Of a stretch of DNA of 64,000 nucleotides, positions 11,380 through 21,870 are shown piece after piece. Origin of the DNA: Bryobacterales bacterium (GTDB taxonomy: Bacteria > Acidobacteriota > Terriglobia > Bryobacterales > UBA6623); contig OY729428.2 in assembly GCA_963422375.2 (NCBI GenBank), positions 1,760,001 through 1,824,000 of the forward strand, read 5' to 3'. A program made the position numbers and the translations under genes. Each line of letters opens with the position of its first letter. Position 1 is the stretch's first letter. The notes beneath the pieces are model-generated. The model made no database searches and had not been told where the DNA came from. It saw only the letters and a program-made list of their open reading frames with translations.

Positions 11380-12885
11380 CTATGCAGCCAGCGGCAAGGG
11401 TCCCGTCTTGAGACGCTCCCTCTCTCTGTCGCGCTCTCTGTCGCGCACGATCCGGCCCACTCGATGCACGTTCGCCGCCAGGACCGCTAGCCCGATCATC
11501 CGCTCGAATCCCTCCGCTCCCCGGTCCGTCACCCCGTCCGGACCGCGGCACTCGAGATTGTTGATCGCGGACTCCACGGCCGGGTGCGCCTGCCTCGCTG
11601 CCGCGAATTCGGGCGCGCCTTCCGTCTCCTTCGCCGCCTTCGACCGCCTCCCCTTCCGCGGCATCGCGTGGCACGACAGCAGTTCCCCCAAGCGCGTCCG
11701 GTTCGCCGGGCTGTGAAAGCCCTTGTCGAAGCTGCAGCTCGACAGCCCCGCGTACAGCCCCTGCGCCCCCTCGACGATTCCCACCGCCACGTCCGCGTCG
11801 CTGCCCTTCCACGTCACTTCGTGATTCATCACGAATCGGTGCTCGCTTTCCACGATGCATACCGGCACGCCCGGCTCCACCGGCACCCCCGCTTTTCCTT
11901 GCACGCACCAGCGCGTGTGTTCCTCGAAGATCGAGAACACTTTCCCCTCGTGCGGGATCTTCTCCCCCCGCAGCACGCGCCGCTCCACCGGGTCCGCCAG
12001 GAGCTGCACGCACCCGAGGTAACTCCTTGCCGCTCCCAAGGTTCCCTCGTCTTCCCCGGCCCGCTCCAGGGCCGCCAGCGCACCCTCCGCCCGCCGCGCT
12101 ATCTCCAGGGCCGCCTCCAGGTACGACCGCACCCTCTCCGGGTTGGCTTTCCTCCTCTTCGCCTGCCGCACCCGGTTGAATTCCTGCTTCAGCGTCTTCG
12201 GCAGCCGCGCGCTCTGCCGCCAGCCGGCGATACCGCGCCCCTTGCACAGCGGCGCAATAGAGCGAATCAGGCAGCGCACCGCGTCCCATAGAAGACTCAC
12301 GTCCGTCGGGTAATGCACGTTCGTTTCCACCGCGAAAGAGTCGCACCGCGCCTTCAGCGGATCGCCTTCCTCGCACCCCGCCAGCGCGTGCCCTTCCTGC
12401 ACCACCAGCTGATTGATTTCCGCGAGGAGGTCGGGCGTGAGAAGCTTCGGATTCCGGTTGACTGTCCGGTAGCTGAAGACCCGCTCGTCGAGCGTCGCGT
12501 TCAGACCGAGGAAGCGCCGGACGTCCGCATGCTTGTTCGCCAGCTCCGTCACGCGGTCGCAGTCGCAATTCAATCCCTGCTTGAGCAGGCCCGGGACGAG
12601 AATGTTCCACAGCTGCATGCCGGGACGACCGAGGGCAGGGTTGATCCTGCCGGACTCGCCTGCGGAAGGATCGCTTCCGTTCCCGCCGTTCCCGCTACTC
12701 TCGCCGAGGCCGAGGATACGGCTCTCGAGCAGTGCGAAAACCCTGTCCCGCAACTCCTCGGTGCGATAGATAGATTGTATTCCTAGCAAGATGGCCGGGA
12801 TATCGTCGCGGGAACGGACGTCGGGATCGATATCCTCGATTGCAGTCCGGCCAAGGGTGAGCTGGATCTCCTGAACGGTCCTCAC
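11380..12885 (-). CDS. ISNCY (ISDol1-like) transposase; open frame but with several L->P changes
   Basis: GTG start after GAGGAA; RSRDDIP, GRPGMQLW, DSFAVETNVHYPTD, KIPHEGKVFSIFE, SFDKGF, VESAINNLE. Confidence 0.85.
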   Translation of the reverse strand: MRTVQEIQLTLGRTAIEDIDPDVRSRDDIPAILLGIQSIYRTEELRDRVFALLESRILGLGESSGNGGNGSDPSAGESGRINPALGRPGMQLWNILVPGLLKQGLNCDCDRVTELANKHADVRRFLGLNATLDERVFSYRTVNRNPKLLTPDLLAEINQLVVQEGHALAGCEEGDPLKARCDSFAVETNVHYPTDVSLLWDAVRCLIRSIAPLCKGRGIAGWRQSARLPKTLKQEFNRVRQAKRRKANPERVRSYLEAALEIARRAEGALAALERAGEDEGTLGAARSYLGCVQLLADPVERRVLRGEKIPHEGKVFSIFEEHTRWCVQGKAGVPVEPGVPVCIVESEHRFVMNHEVTWKGSDADVAVGIVEGAQGLYAGLSSCSFDKGFHSPANRTRLGELLSCHAMPRKGRRSKAAKETEGAPEFAAARQAHPAVESAINNLECRGPDGVTDRGAEGFERMIGLAVLAANVHRVGRIVRDRERDRERERLKTGPLPLAA

Positions 12886-12906
12886 GGGCGGTTCCTCAAC
12901 GAAGAT

Positions 12907-13961
12907 CCTGATTACCAACGAACGTCAGCCGAGGATAGGCTATACTGAAGGAGGTCGGAAATCTCTGATAGGAAAGGGGATAGCAGCTGAAACGCAATCG
13001 CGTGCAATGCCAGAAGGGACTCAGCCCGGGCAAGTTCCTGCAGCGCTACGGCAGCGAGGGGCCATGCGAGCAGGCCGTCTTCAAGGCCCGCCGGCCGGAC
13101 GGCTTCCGCTGCCCGGAGTGCGGCTCCCGCCGGCACTGCCGCATCCGCTCCCGCAAGCTCCGGCAGTGCCACGCCTGCCACCGCCGGACCTCCCTCGTCG
13201 CCGGCACGATCTTCGCCGCCACCAAGCTGCCGCTGACCGTCCGGTTCCTGGCGCTCCACCTGCTGACGCAGGGCCAGCACGGCGTTTCGTCGCTGGAACT
13301 GGCGCGGCAGCCGGGCGTGAGCCGGAACACGGCTTGGAAGGTGAAGCACAAGCTCCTGCAAGTGCTGAAGGAGCGCGACGAGCGCGTGCCGCCGGGCGGC
13401 ATCGTGCAGGTGGACGACGCCTACTGGGGCCTGCTGGGGCGGGGAGCGGACCGGCGGCAAGCGCGGTCGCGGCGCGGCGGGCAAGACGCCGTTCGTCGCC
13501 GCCGTGCAGGTCACCGCCGCCGGCCAGCCGGCAAGGATGCGCCTGAGCAGCGTGGCGGGCTTGCGCAAGAAGACGCTGGCAGCATGGGCCGGGCGGCACT
13601 TGCAGCCCGGCACGGAGGTGCATTCCGACGGCCCGGCCTGCTTCCGGGGCGTGGCCGACGCCGGCTGCGAGCACGTGCCGACCGTCACCGGAGGCGGGCA
13701 GCGGAGCTGCGGGGATTCCCGCTTCGTCCGGGTCAACGTCCGGGTCAACACGATGCTGGCGAACGTCAAGCAGTCCCTGGCGGGAACCTGCCATGCGCTC
13801 GACGGCAAGCACCTGCCGCGGTACCTCGCCGAGTTCCGCTACCGCTTCAACCGCCGCTACGATCTGGAGGCGCTGGTCCCCCGCCTGCTCCACGCCTCCG
13901 TGCGCACCCCGCCCAGGCCTTTCCGCCTCCTAACCTTGGCTGAGTCTTGTGGGTAATCAGG
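12907..13961 (+). mobile_element. IS1595-family element B1 (CCTGATT ends), transposase pseudogene
   Basis: TIR CCTGATTACC..TCAGCC; TSD ACGAAGAT (12899-12906, 13962-13969); start ATG->CTG; frameshift at 13421-13440; YLAEFRYRFNRR. Confidence 0.93.
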
Positions 13962-16791
13962 ACGAAGATTGTCGCACAACCCCCGGAAACGCGCAAGCCG
14001 GCCCGGATCGCCCCGATCTTCGTCCCACGGACCTGCTGCAACCTCCCGGAAACTAAGGGCTTGCGCGTTCTGTCACAAGCACTATGTAGTCCTGCCTGGA
14101 GGCTCCGTCGATCGAGCTTCCGAAAGCCGGGGTGTCCGGGTAATCGTTGTTGAGTCCGTCGGCGTTGAAGTCGCAGCCGTTGTTTCCGATCATGTTGCCG
14201 CTGTCGTCGAAGACCGGATTGAAGGGCAGCCCGCAGTTGACCGTGAACGGGGACCCAGTCTGCAGGATCGAGGTCAGCCCGAACTGCCATCCGCCGAAGA
14301 TCGCCTTGCCCGGGCCGTTCCGAAATGGCGACGGAATTTCGAAGATCAGGCTGGTCGCGAACTTCTGCCGCACGTCGAAGCGCGAGCGCCCGCGGTTCAG
14401 GCGCATGTTCGTCAGCTCGATCAAGTGCTCGCCAGAAAAGCTGCTGGCTGTGTCGATCGCCTTCCCGAACGTGTAGGCCCCTTGGAATAGCAGGCCATGC
14501 GCGAAGCGCTTCTTGAGGCTGAGGTTGCCTCCGTGGTAGTACGACTTGCCGTTGTTCTGGCCGTACGTGATGCTGCCGAAACTGGGGTTCAGGCGGTCCA
14601 GCCGCCCGTCCAGCAGATCGCCCGCGAAGCGGTTGACCTCGTAGTTCTGGTACAGTTTCGATCCCTGAGAGCCCACGTAGTTGGCTTCGACCGCCCAGTC
14701 GTTGCCCAAGGCGTACTGGATGCCGAAGAACCAGTTGATGGCGTATTGATTCTTCAGGTCCGGCTCCCATATCTGGATCGCCGCCGGCACGCCGACCAGC
14801 ACGCCGCGCTCGTCGAGCCCGATCTGGAGATCCGGCGGGCGCGGGAACTGCCACGGCGACTCCATGGTGCTGCTCAGGCCGTAGACCGGCTGCGCGTCGG
14901 TCTGCTTGCTGACGTCCGCCACCGCGAAGATCGGCAGGCTCGTGCAGCAGTCTCGGTAGAACTGGCCGCCGGGACGGTCGTAGAACATCCCCGCCCCGCC
15001 GCGGATGGACATCTTGCCCCGCCCGGTCGGGTCCCACGCGATACCGAGACGCGGCGCGACGTTGTTCATGTCGGTCGAGGCCAAAGGCGGCCCCTGCCTC
15101 ACGCCGACGTCGGCGATCCGCTCCGTGAAGTTGCTGCCGCCGCGAAAGTTGGCGCCGACGAAGATGGCGTCCAGGTCGGTCGGGATCGGGAAGGCCTCCC
15201 AGCGGACGCCCCAGCTGACGGTGAGATTGGGCCGGACCTTCCAGTCGTCGTTGACGAACATTCCGAAGTTCGTGAAGCGCGGGCGGAAGTCGAAGCCGCG
15301 TGCGTCGCCCGTGGCCGGGTCGAATCCGATGTTGCCGTGCGAGAACGGGTCGTCCAGGATGAAGTCCCAGGTGTTGTTGAAGCCGTAATTCGGACGCTCC
15401 CAGACCGCGGCGAACAGGGCGCCCGCGCCGGGGGAGCCGCTGTCGCAGTTGAAGTTCCCGCCGAACTTGAACGAGTGCGAGCCCTTGTTCCACGTGGTCA
15501 CGTTGCGCCACTGCTGGTTGTTCTGGATGAAGACCGCGTCGGAGAACCCTTGCCCGTAGCTGGAGATTCCGGGCACGTTGATCAGGGGAATCTCGCCGCG
15601 TCCGATGGGCGCGTCGCCCTCTGCGTGCTACCGGGACCACGAGAGCTCGTTGATGACGTTGGTCGAGATGATGCGGGTCCAGTTCAGGTTGGCGAAGGCC
15701 GTCCACTGCTCCTGCATTTTCGTGAAGGCCGGATAGACCGAGGGGTTGCCGAACAAGACCTGCTGATTGGTGGTTCGGGCCACGCTGCCGTAGATGCGGT
15801 CCCTGCTCTCGTTGAAGTTGTGGTCGATCCTAGTCGTCCATTGCAGGCCGTCCCGCGGGAGCGTCTGGGCGAAGGACCCGCGCTCGGTCACGGGGAAATT
15901 GCAGGGCATCATGCCGATGGGCGTCTCGATGGGAGTCGTGCCGGAGCAGTCCGAGCCGGCCAGCCCCCCGGCTGTCTGCGCAACTGCCTTGTTAGTCAGG
16001 ATGTCGGGAAACTCGTTCATCACCATGCTGCTGATGTTGTCCGGGTATCGCTGGCGCACGAAATCGGCGAACTGCCGGCTCACTACGGTGTTGCTGAATC
16101 CGGCCCCGACGCCGGAACGCAGGATGTCCATCGAGGCAAAGGCGAAGGTGCGGTTCCTGAGGATCGGCCCGCCGAGACTCCAGTTGGCCTCGTTGCGGCG
16201 GAACACCGGCACCTTGGGCTGAAAGAGGTTGCGTGCCTGCATCTTGTTGTTGGTGTGGTACCAGCCCAAGGTGCCGTGGTAGTCGTTGGTGCCTGACTTG
16301 GTGACCACATTGACGAGGACCGAGGAGTTCCGACCGTATTCCGCGGAGAAGTTGTTGACGGAGACGCGGAGCTCCTGCACGGAGTCGGCGTTTGGGTTGT
16401 GGTTGACGACGCCGCCGCGCGGGCTGGCGTTGACGGAGGCGCCGTCGACGTTGAAGCTGTTGGACTCGGCGCGCTGGCCGTTGCCGCTGAGGTTGACGCC
16501 GTACTCGGCCGAGAAGATGTCTCCGGTGGCCTGCGCGTAGGCCTGCCCGCCTCCGGACGGCAGGCCTACCACGCCTGGCGTGAGCACCACCAGCGTCATG
16601 AAGTTGCGCCCGACCAGCGGCAGGTCCGCGACCTCCATCTCCTCGATCTGCCCGGACACCTGCGCCTCGCCGGTCTCGATGAGCGGCGCTTCCGAGGTCA
16701 CGCTGACGGTCTCGGTAGTCTGGCCCACCTCGAGCTGGATGTTTAGGGTGGTGGTCTGCGCGACCTCTAGCGTCACCCGTTCCTGGACGTA

Positions 16792-17944
16792 CTGAGGGGC
16801 GCAAAAGTCGTTCTGGCCGTTCGCGCCCTCTGCTGAGACCAGTTCCGACACTTGAACGTGGTAGAATTGTTGCATGAATCCCTTCCAATTCGACGACTTT
16901 CGGCGACTCCATCATAAGCTTGAGATTACCGTTCGAAAGTTCGTCTTCACGCAATTCACGCTCGGCTATGTTCCGGAAGAACTCGCGATGAAATTCGGCA
17001 TCGGAACCGGAACGGTCAAGTCCTGGGTGGCTAGATTCATCGCCGGAGGCATGGGGGCACTGGATGATCGGCCCGGAACTGGACGCCCTCGCATCTTGAC
17101 CGAGGAGCACGCGCAGTGGATCTTCCATACCGTCGTCGATAAGAATCCCCGGCAGCTCAAGTTCGAGTTCGCCTACTGGACCGTCCAGAGAGTCCGCCGC
17201 GCTTTCATCGACGAGTTCGGCATCGACGCGAGCCGCTGTGCCATCCGCCGCGTCATGCGTCGGCTCAGGCTCACGCCGCAGAAGCCTCGCTTCCGGGCAT
17301 TCCAGCGCCGGACGGGGCAAGTCGCGCGATGGATTGACACGACATTCCCGGAAATCAAGCAGGAGGCCGAGCGGGAAGGGGCCTTGATCATGTTCGCTGA
17401 AGAGGCCGGAATGCGCTCCGACTATCACGTGGGACGGACGTCGAGAGTGCGCGGACAGACGCCCGAGGTGACCTGCACGGCCACGAAGTTTCGCTTCAAC
17501 ATGCTGGCAGCGATCAGCCCGGACGGCCGCATCCATTACATGCTGCACGAGGGCGCGGCGGATGCTGGAAGGTTCTGCTCGTTCGTGAAGCAGGTGGCGG
17601 AAGAGACCGGCAGGAAGGTGCGCTTCGTAGTGGACGGCTGCCGGATTCGCACGGCGCGAGAGGTGGCGAGTTTCCTCGAGAAGGAATTCGAGGACGGGCA
17701 CGTGAGGATTCGTATTCTTCCGGCGTACTCCCCGATGCTGAACCCAGCTGAGCTGCTACGGTCGCACGTGAAGCGGATGGTGAGCCGGAAATGCTTCAAG
17801 ACCGAGGACGAGCTGTTGCGCCTGCTCGAGGCGGAATTCAAGTCGCTAAGGGACTTGACTGACAAGGTGGCTCGCTTCTTCAAGGAGCCCGATTGCAAGT
17901 ACATTCTGGCGTGACCCGCCCGAGACGACTTTTGCGCTCCTCAG
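16792..17944 (+). mobile_element. IS630-family element
   Basis: TIR CTGAGG(G/A)GCGCAAAAGTCGT (19/20); TA target duplication (16790-16791, 17945-17946). Confidence 0.93.
16874..17914 (+). CDS. IS630 transposase (first catalytic Asp appears replaced: FAEEAG)
   Basis: GRPRIL, WT..V, LTPQKP, VVDG, LPAYSPMLNPAE. Confidence 0.88.
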   Translation: MNPFQFDDFRRLHHKLEITVRKFVFTQFTLGYVPEELAMKFGIGTGTVKSWVARFIAGGMGALDDRPGTGRPRILTEEHAQWIFHTVVDKNPRQLKFEFAYWTVQRVRRAFIDEFGIDASRCAIRRVMRRLRLTPQKPRFRAFQRRTGQVARWIDTTFPEIKQEAEREGALIMFAEEAGMRSDYHVGRTSRVRGQTPEVTCTATKFRFNMLAAISPDGRIHYMLHEGAADAGRFCSFVKQVAEETGRKVRFVVDGCRIRTAREVASFLEKEFEDGHVRIRILPAYSPMLNPAELLRSHVKRMVSRKCFKTEDELLRLLEAEFKSLRDLTDKVARFFKEPDCKYILA

Positions 17945-18499
17945 TAGGTCTGGAACCCCTCCGCGCTTGCCGTGACCCGGTAGGTGCTGGCCGCCAAGGC
18001 GGTCGCGCGGTAGCGCCCGACACTCGAGGTCTCAAGCGTGCGAGTCGTGCCAGTAGCGACGTCCTCGATAATGACCTCGACCGCGGGAATCACGGCGTCG
18101 GTCGGATCGCTGATCGTTCCCTCGAGAATACTGCTGAACTGCGCCTGCAGGCCAAGTGTGCCGACCAGCAGCAGGACCAGTGGGCGGAGCATCCGCCCGG
18201 CGCGCCGCATACGGCGAGAAGCAGGACTCCCTGCCCGTGATCGATGATTCATTCGCTCTCCCTCTGGTCCTGGCGCTGCGGCTGGTCAGCCCCGATAGCC
18301 GCCAATATGGTAGAGCATTCCGGCTGGCGCATCGCTACACCGGATTACGCTGAACGGGGAATTCAGGGCTCACCACGAGGCCTGCCATTCAGTCCGACCG
18401 ATATTCATCCGTGTCTGCGAGCCAGCTCTTCGAGGGCCGAGCCACGAGGCACCTGAGGACCGGAGTTGCGAAGGCGGAGCAGCGTGCTTTGACCGTCAC

Positions 18500-18826
18500 C
18501 GACCGGTGGGTAACGAGATCGGTCGGACCGGGGCACTCCAGCCCGAGATTCGTCGCCCGCAACGCCTTCGGCGTGACGCGGTGCAGGAGCGCCGTCAGTT
18601 TCTTCTCCCGCAGCTACCTGTTCACTGGCTGCCGTACGCGTTCGGTGCCGCTTGGCATGGATCCGCGACTCTGCGTCCAGCCCGAGTCGGCTGGTCCCGT
18701 CTTTCCCTTGATCCCGGCCATTCACTCCGGCGGCTCCGGCGGGACTCGCGCCCCTTTGGTCGCCGCCTTCGTCGCTACGACGCCCGGGTCTGACTTCTGC
18801 GCGCCGTGCATCCGCGACTCCGGCTC
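18500..18826 (-). pseudogene. Group II intron remnant: upstream intron RNA segment plus degenerate N-terminus of the RT/maturase; boundaries approximate
   Basis: Minus-strand frame from 18679 reads WTQSRGSMPSGTERVRQPVNR*LREKKLTALLHRVTPKALRA, resembling the RTQ..ERVR..KFTALLHHV start of bacterial intron RTs; adjacent 18720-18826 resembles intron RNA from recollection. Confidence 0.65.
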
Positions 18827-18886
18827 ACGGTGTAGGGGCCCACTTTGTTCAGTTGGATCACCGCCGTGCTTTCGCGAATTGGATTG

Positions 18887-19940
18887 ATACGGTTATGCAC
18901 TTAGCTCTAGTATGCTCAAAGTTTGCGCTGCGAGCGGAGGTGTCGGGCGATGGGAAGCGATTCCGAGGCGTTCCCGCGGAACGCGGAACATCCTCGAATG
19001 CATGGAGCGGTTCGGTACGGAGCGGGCGTGCGCCGAGTACCTGGCCGCCGTGCGCTGGCCGCGCGGTTGCGCCTGCCCGCGCTGCGCGGGCGCCGAGGCG
19101 TGGACGACTGCGCGCGGCATCCTGTTCTGCAAGGCGTGCCGCCGGCAGACCTCCCCGACGGCCGGCACGGTCCTGCACAAGTCGCGCGTGCCGTGGCGCG
19201 GCTGGTTCCTCGCGATGCGGCTGGCTTGCACGCAGCAGACCGGGCCGAGCGCGGCGGGCTTGCAGCGCGAGCTCGGGCCGGGCAGCTACCGCACGGCCTG
19301 GCTGCTGCTGGCTGCTGCTGCCAGAGCTTCGCTCGGCGATGGCGAGGCTGGGCCGCGAACGCCTGCAGGGGGCGGTCGAGGTGGACGAGGCGTATGACGA
19401 GGCGTATGTCGGAGGCGCGGAAAAGGGCGTTTGCGGGAGGGAACCGGCCGAAAAGTGCCTGGTCGCGGTCGCCGCGGAGCTGGAGGGGCATGGCGCGGGG
19501 CGCATCCGCCTCCGGCACGTGCCGGACGCCTCGGGGGCGAGCCTGGCGGGTTAGGTAGCGGACTGCGTCGAGCCGGGCAGCCTCGTGCAGACGGACGGTT
19601 GGAGCGGCTATCGCAGCCTCGAGCGGCGCGGGTACCGGCATCAAGTGACCGTCACGCGCGGCAGCGGGGACGTTGCGGGCACGGCGTTTCCGCAAGTCCA
19701 CTGGGTGATCTCGCTGCTGAAGCGCTGGCTGCCGGCCACGCATCAGGGCAAGGTCGGCGCGAAGCACTTGCAGCTCTATCTCGACGAGTTCACGTTCCGC
19801 TTCAACCGGCGTCGGTCGCGTCACGTTGGCAAGATCTTCTACCGGCTCTTGGAGCAACTGGTCTTGCAGCGAGCGGCTACGTACCAAGAGCTAATCGACA
19901 GGCCGGAACAGCCTGACTAGAGCTAAGTGCATAACCGTAT
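18887..19940 (+). mobile_element. IS1595-family element C (ISSod11-like transposase), pseudogene
   Basis: Perfect 24-bp TIR ATACGGTTATGCACTTAGCTCTAG; CPRC..CKAC, VEVDE, TDGW, SLLKRWL, YLDEFTFRFNRR; frameshift near 19310, TAG at 19552; no TSD. Confidence 0.9.
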
Positions 19941-19943
19941 TCA

Positions 19944-19963
19944 GGGGTTTTGTCACAAGCACT
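19944..19963. mobile_element. Isolated terminal stub of the ISDol1-like element
   Basis: GGTTTTGTCACAAGCACT is the reverse complement of the 11158 TIR AGTGCTTGTGACAAAACC. Confidence 0.7.
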
Positions 19964-20281
19964 ATATAGTTCCCATAGTTTGAGAATCGCCCGAATGAGA
20001 CGCCCCAACCCAAAACGAGTGCAGTTGGTCGCACCTCGTGGCCGTGCAGCCCCGCAATGGGCGCCTCACGGCTCCTAGCCTCTAGCACCGCGCTGAATGG
20101 GACAATCGATCGTCATTCGCGAGAAGCCGTTGAAAGCCCGCCCTACTGCTAGACTCTCCGGCACGGCCACTTGGTCGACCTTCCAAATGAATCGACATGG
20201 GGCTGCTTGTACATGAGGCTAGCGGAGGACCAGAACTCGACGGGATCCAGTCAGTGGAGGAATAAGACCCTCAATTGATCA

Positions 20282-20714
20282 TTAGGTCTCATTGCTTGCA
20301 TCATGTAGGAACTTGATCGATGCTTCTCTACTGCGAAATGAACCTCGAACTTCATCCCCATTTGAGGATTCCATGAAAAGTTCATATCTTACGAAACTTC
20401 TTGGCCTCAACGATTCATCATAAGCCAAAATAAAACTGATCGCTGACTCTACAGAAGTGAGTTCTTGAAAATCGCCTGAAACAGGCAAAATAGACACGAT
20501 CTTGATGAACTGTGTGAGACTAGACTTCAATTTACGGAAGAATGATAGCCCGGACCGAGTCAATAGTGATGCAAGTTCATTGCGGAGTAGGCTCCTCGAG
20601 TTGGAGTCCAGCCCGTGTAATGCTGCGACTCTTCGCCGTAGTTCCTCTGTGGATGTACCCTCCTCTGACGACACATCTAGCCCTGCCCGATGGAATGCAT
20701 CCACAATACTTCTA
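20282..20714 (-). pseudogene. C-terminal fragment of a low-GC gene, probably the restriction endonuclease partner of the MTase
   Basis: Open frame cut at the B2 end (RSIVDAFHRAGLDVS...VRYELFMESSNGDEVRGSF); AT-rich; co-oriented downstream of the MTase fragments; function inferred from context. Confidence 0.55.
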
Positions 20715-21756
20715 CCTGGTTACCCACAAGACTCAGCCAAGGTTAGGAGGGGGTAAGGCCTGGGCGGGGTGCGCACGGAGGCGTGGAGCAGGCGGGGGAC
20801 CAGAGCCTCCAGGTCGTAGCGGCGGTTGCAGCGGTAGCGGAACTCGGCGAGGTACCGCGGCAGGTGCTTGCCGTCGAGCGCATGGCAGGTTCCCGCCAGG
20901 GACTGCTTGACGTTCGCCAGCATCGTGTTGACCCGGACGAAGCGGGAATCCGCGCAGCTCCGCTTCCCGCCTCCGGTGACGGTCGGCACGTGCTCGCAGC
21001 CGGCGTCGGCCACGTCCCGGAAGCAGGCCGGGCCGTCGGAATGCACCTTCGTGCCGGGCTGCAAGTGCCGCCCGGCCCACGCTGCCAGCGTCTTCTTGCG
21101 CAAGCCCGCCACGCTGGCCACGCTGCTCAGGCGCATCCTTGCCGGCTGGCCGGCGGCGCTGACCTGCACGGCGGCCACGAACGGCGTCTTGCCCGCCGCG
21201 CCGCGCCCGCGCTTGCCGCCGGTCCGCTCCCCGCCCCGGTAGGCGTCGTCCACCTGCACGATGCCGCCCGGCGGCACGCGCTCGTCGCGCTCCTTCATCG
21301 CTTGCAGGAGCTTGTGCTTCACCTTCCAGGCCGTGTTCCGGCTGACCCCCGGCTGCCGCGCCAGTTCCAGCGACGAAACGCCGTGCTTGCCCTGCGTCAG
21401 CAGGTGGAGCGCCAGGAACCGGACGGTCAGCGGCAGCTTGGTGGCGGCGAAGATCGTGCCGGCGACGAGGGAGGTCCGGCGGTGGCAGGCATGGCACTGC
21501 CAGAGCTTGCGGGAGCGGATGCGGCAGTGCCGGCGGGAGCCGCACTCCGGGCAGCGGAAGCCGTCCGTCCAGCGGGCCTTGAAGACGGCCTGCTCGCATG
21601 GCCCCTCGCTGCCGTAGCGCTGCAGGAACTTGCCCGGGCTGAGTCCCTTCTGGAATTGCACGCGATTGCGTTTCATCTGCTATCCCCTTTCCTATCAGAG
21701 ATTTCCGACCTCCTTCAGTATAGCATATCCTCGGCTGACGTTCGTTGGTAATCAGG
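20715..21756 (-). mobile_element. IS1595-family element B2; transposase ORF 20720-21676
   Basis: Ends CCTGATTACC / CCTGGTTACC; near-identical to B1 and B3; flanks differ, so no TSD. Confidence 0.92.
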
Positions 21757-21870
21757 TTTCTGATAAGCGAGACATAGGAGTCTAAGTTAGGAGCCATATG
21801 TTCCGCTTTCCTGATCACAGAGCTAACGCGGTCAAAATACTCATCTGGCGAAATGCGGTATGCAAGTTTA

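Larger units (their letters stand above)
11158..14083 (-). mobile_element. ISNCY (ISDol1-like) element carrying nested IS1595 copy B1
   Basis: TIRs AGTGCTTGTGACAAAAC / AGTGCTTGTGACAGAAC (16/17); 4-bp TSD ATGT (11154-11157, 14084-14087). Confidence 0.88.
10853..18192 (-). pseudogene. TonB-dependent receptor (carboxypeptidase-regulatory-like N-terminus), split by IS630 and ISNCY-like(::IS1595) insertions and an in-frame TAG
   Basis: Segments 17945-18192, 14084-16791 and 10853-11157 rejoin in frame (EGFQTY|VQERV; SRQDYI|NGLF); TAG at 15628-15630; DLPLVGRNF, AEYGRNS, DMNNVAPRLGIAWDP, C-terminal IQFGVKVVF. Confidence 0.92.
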
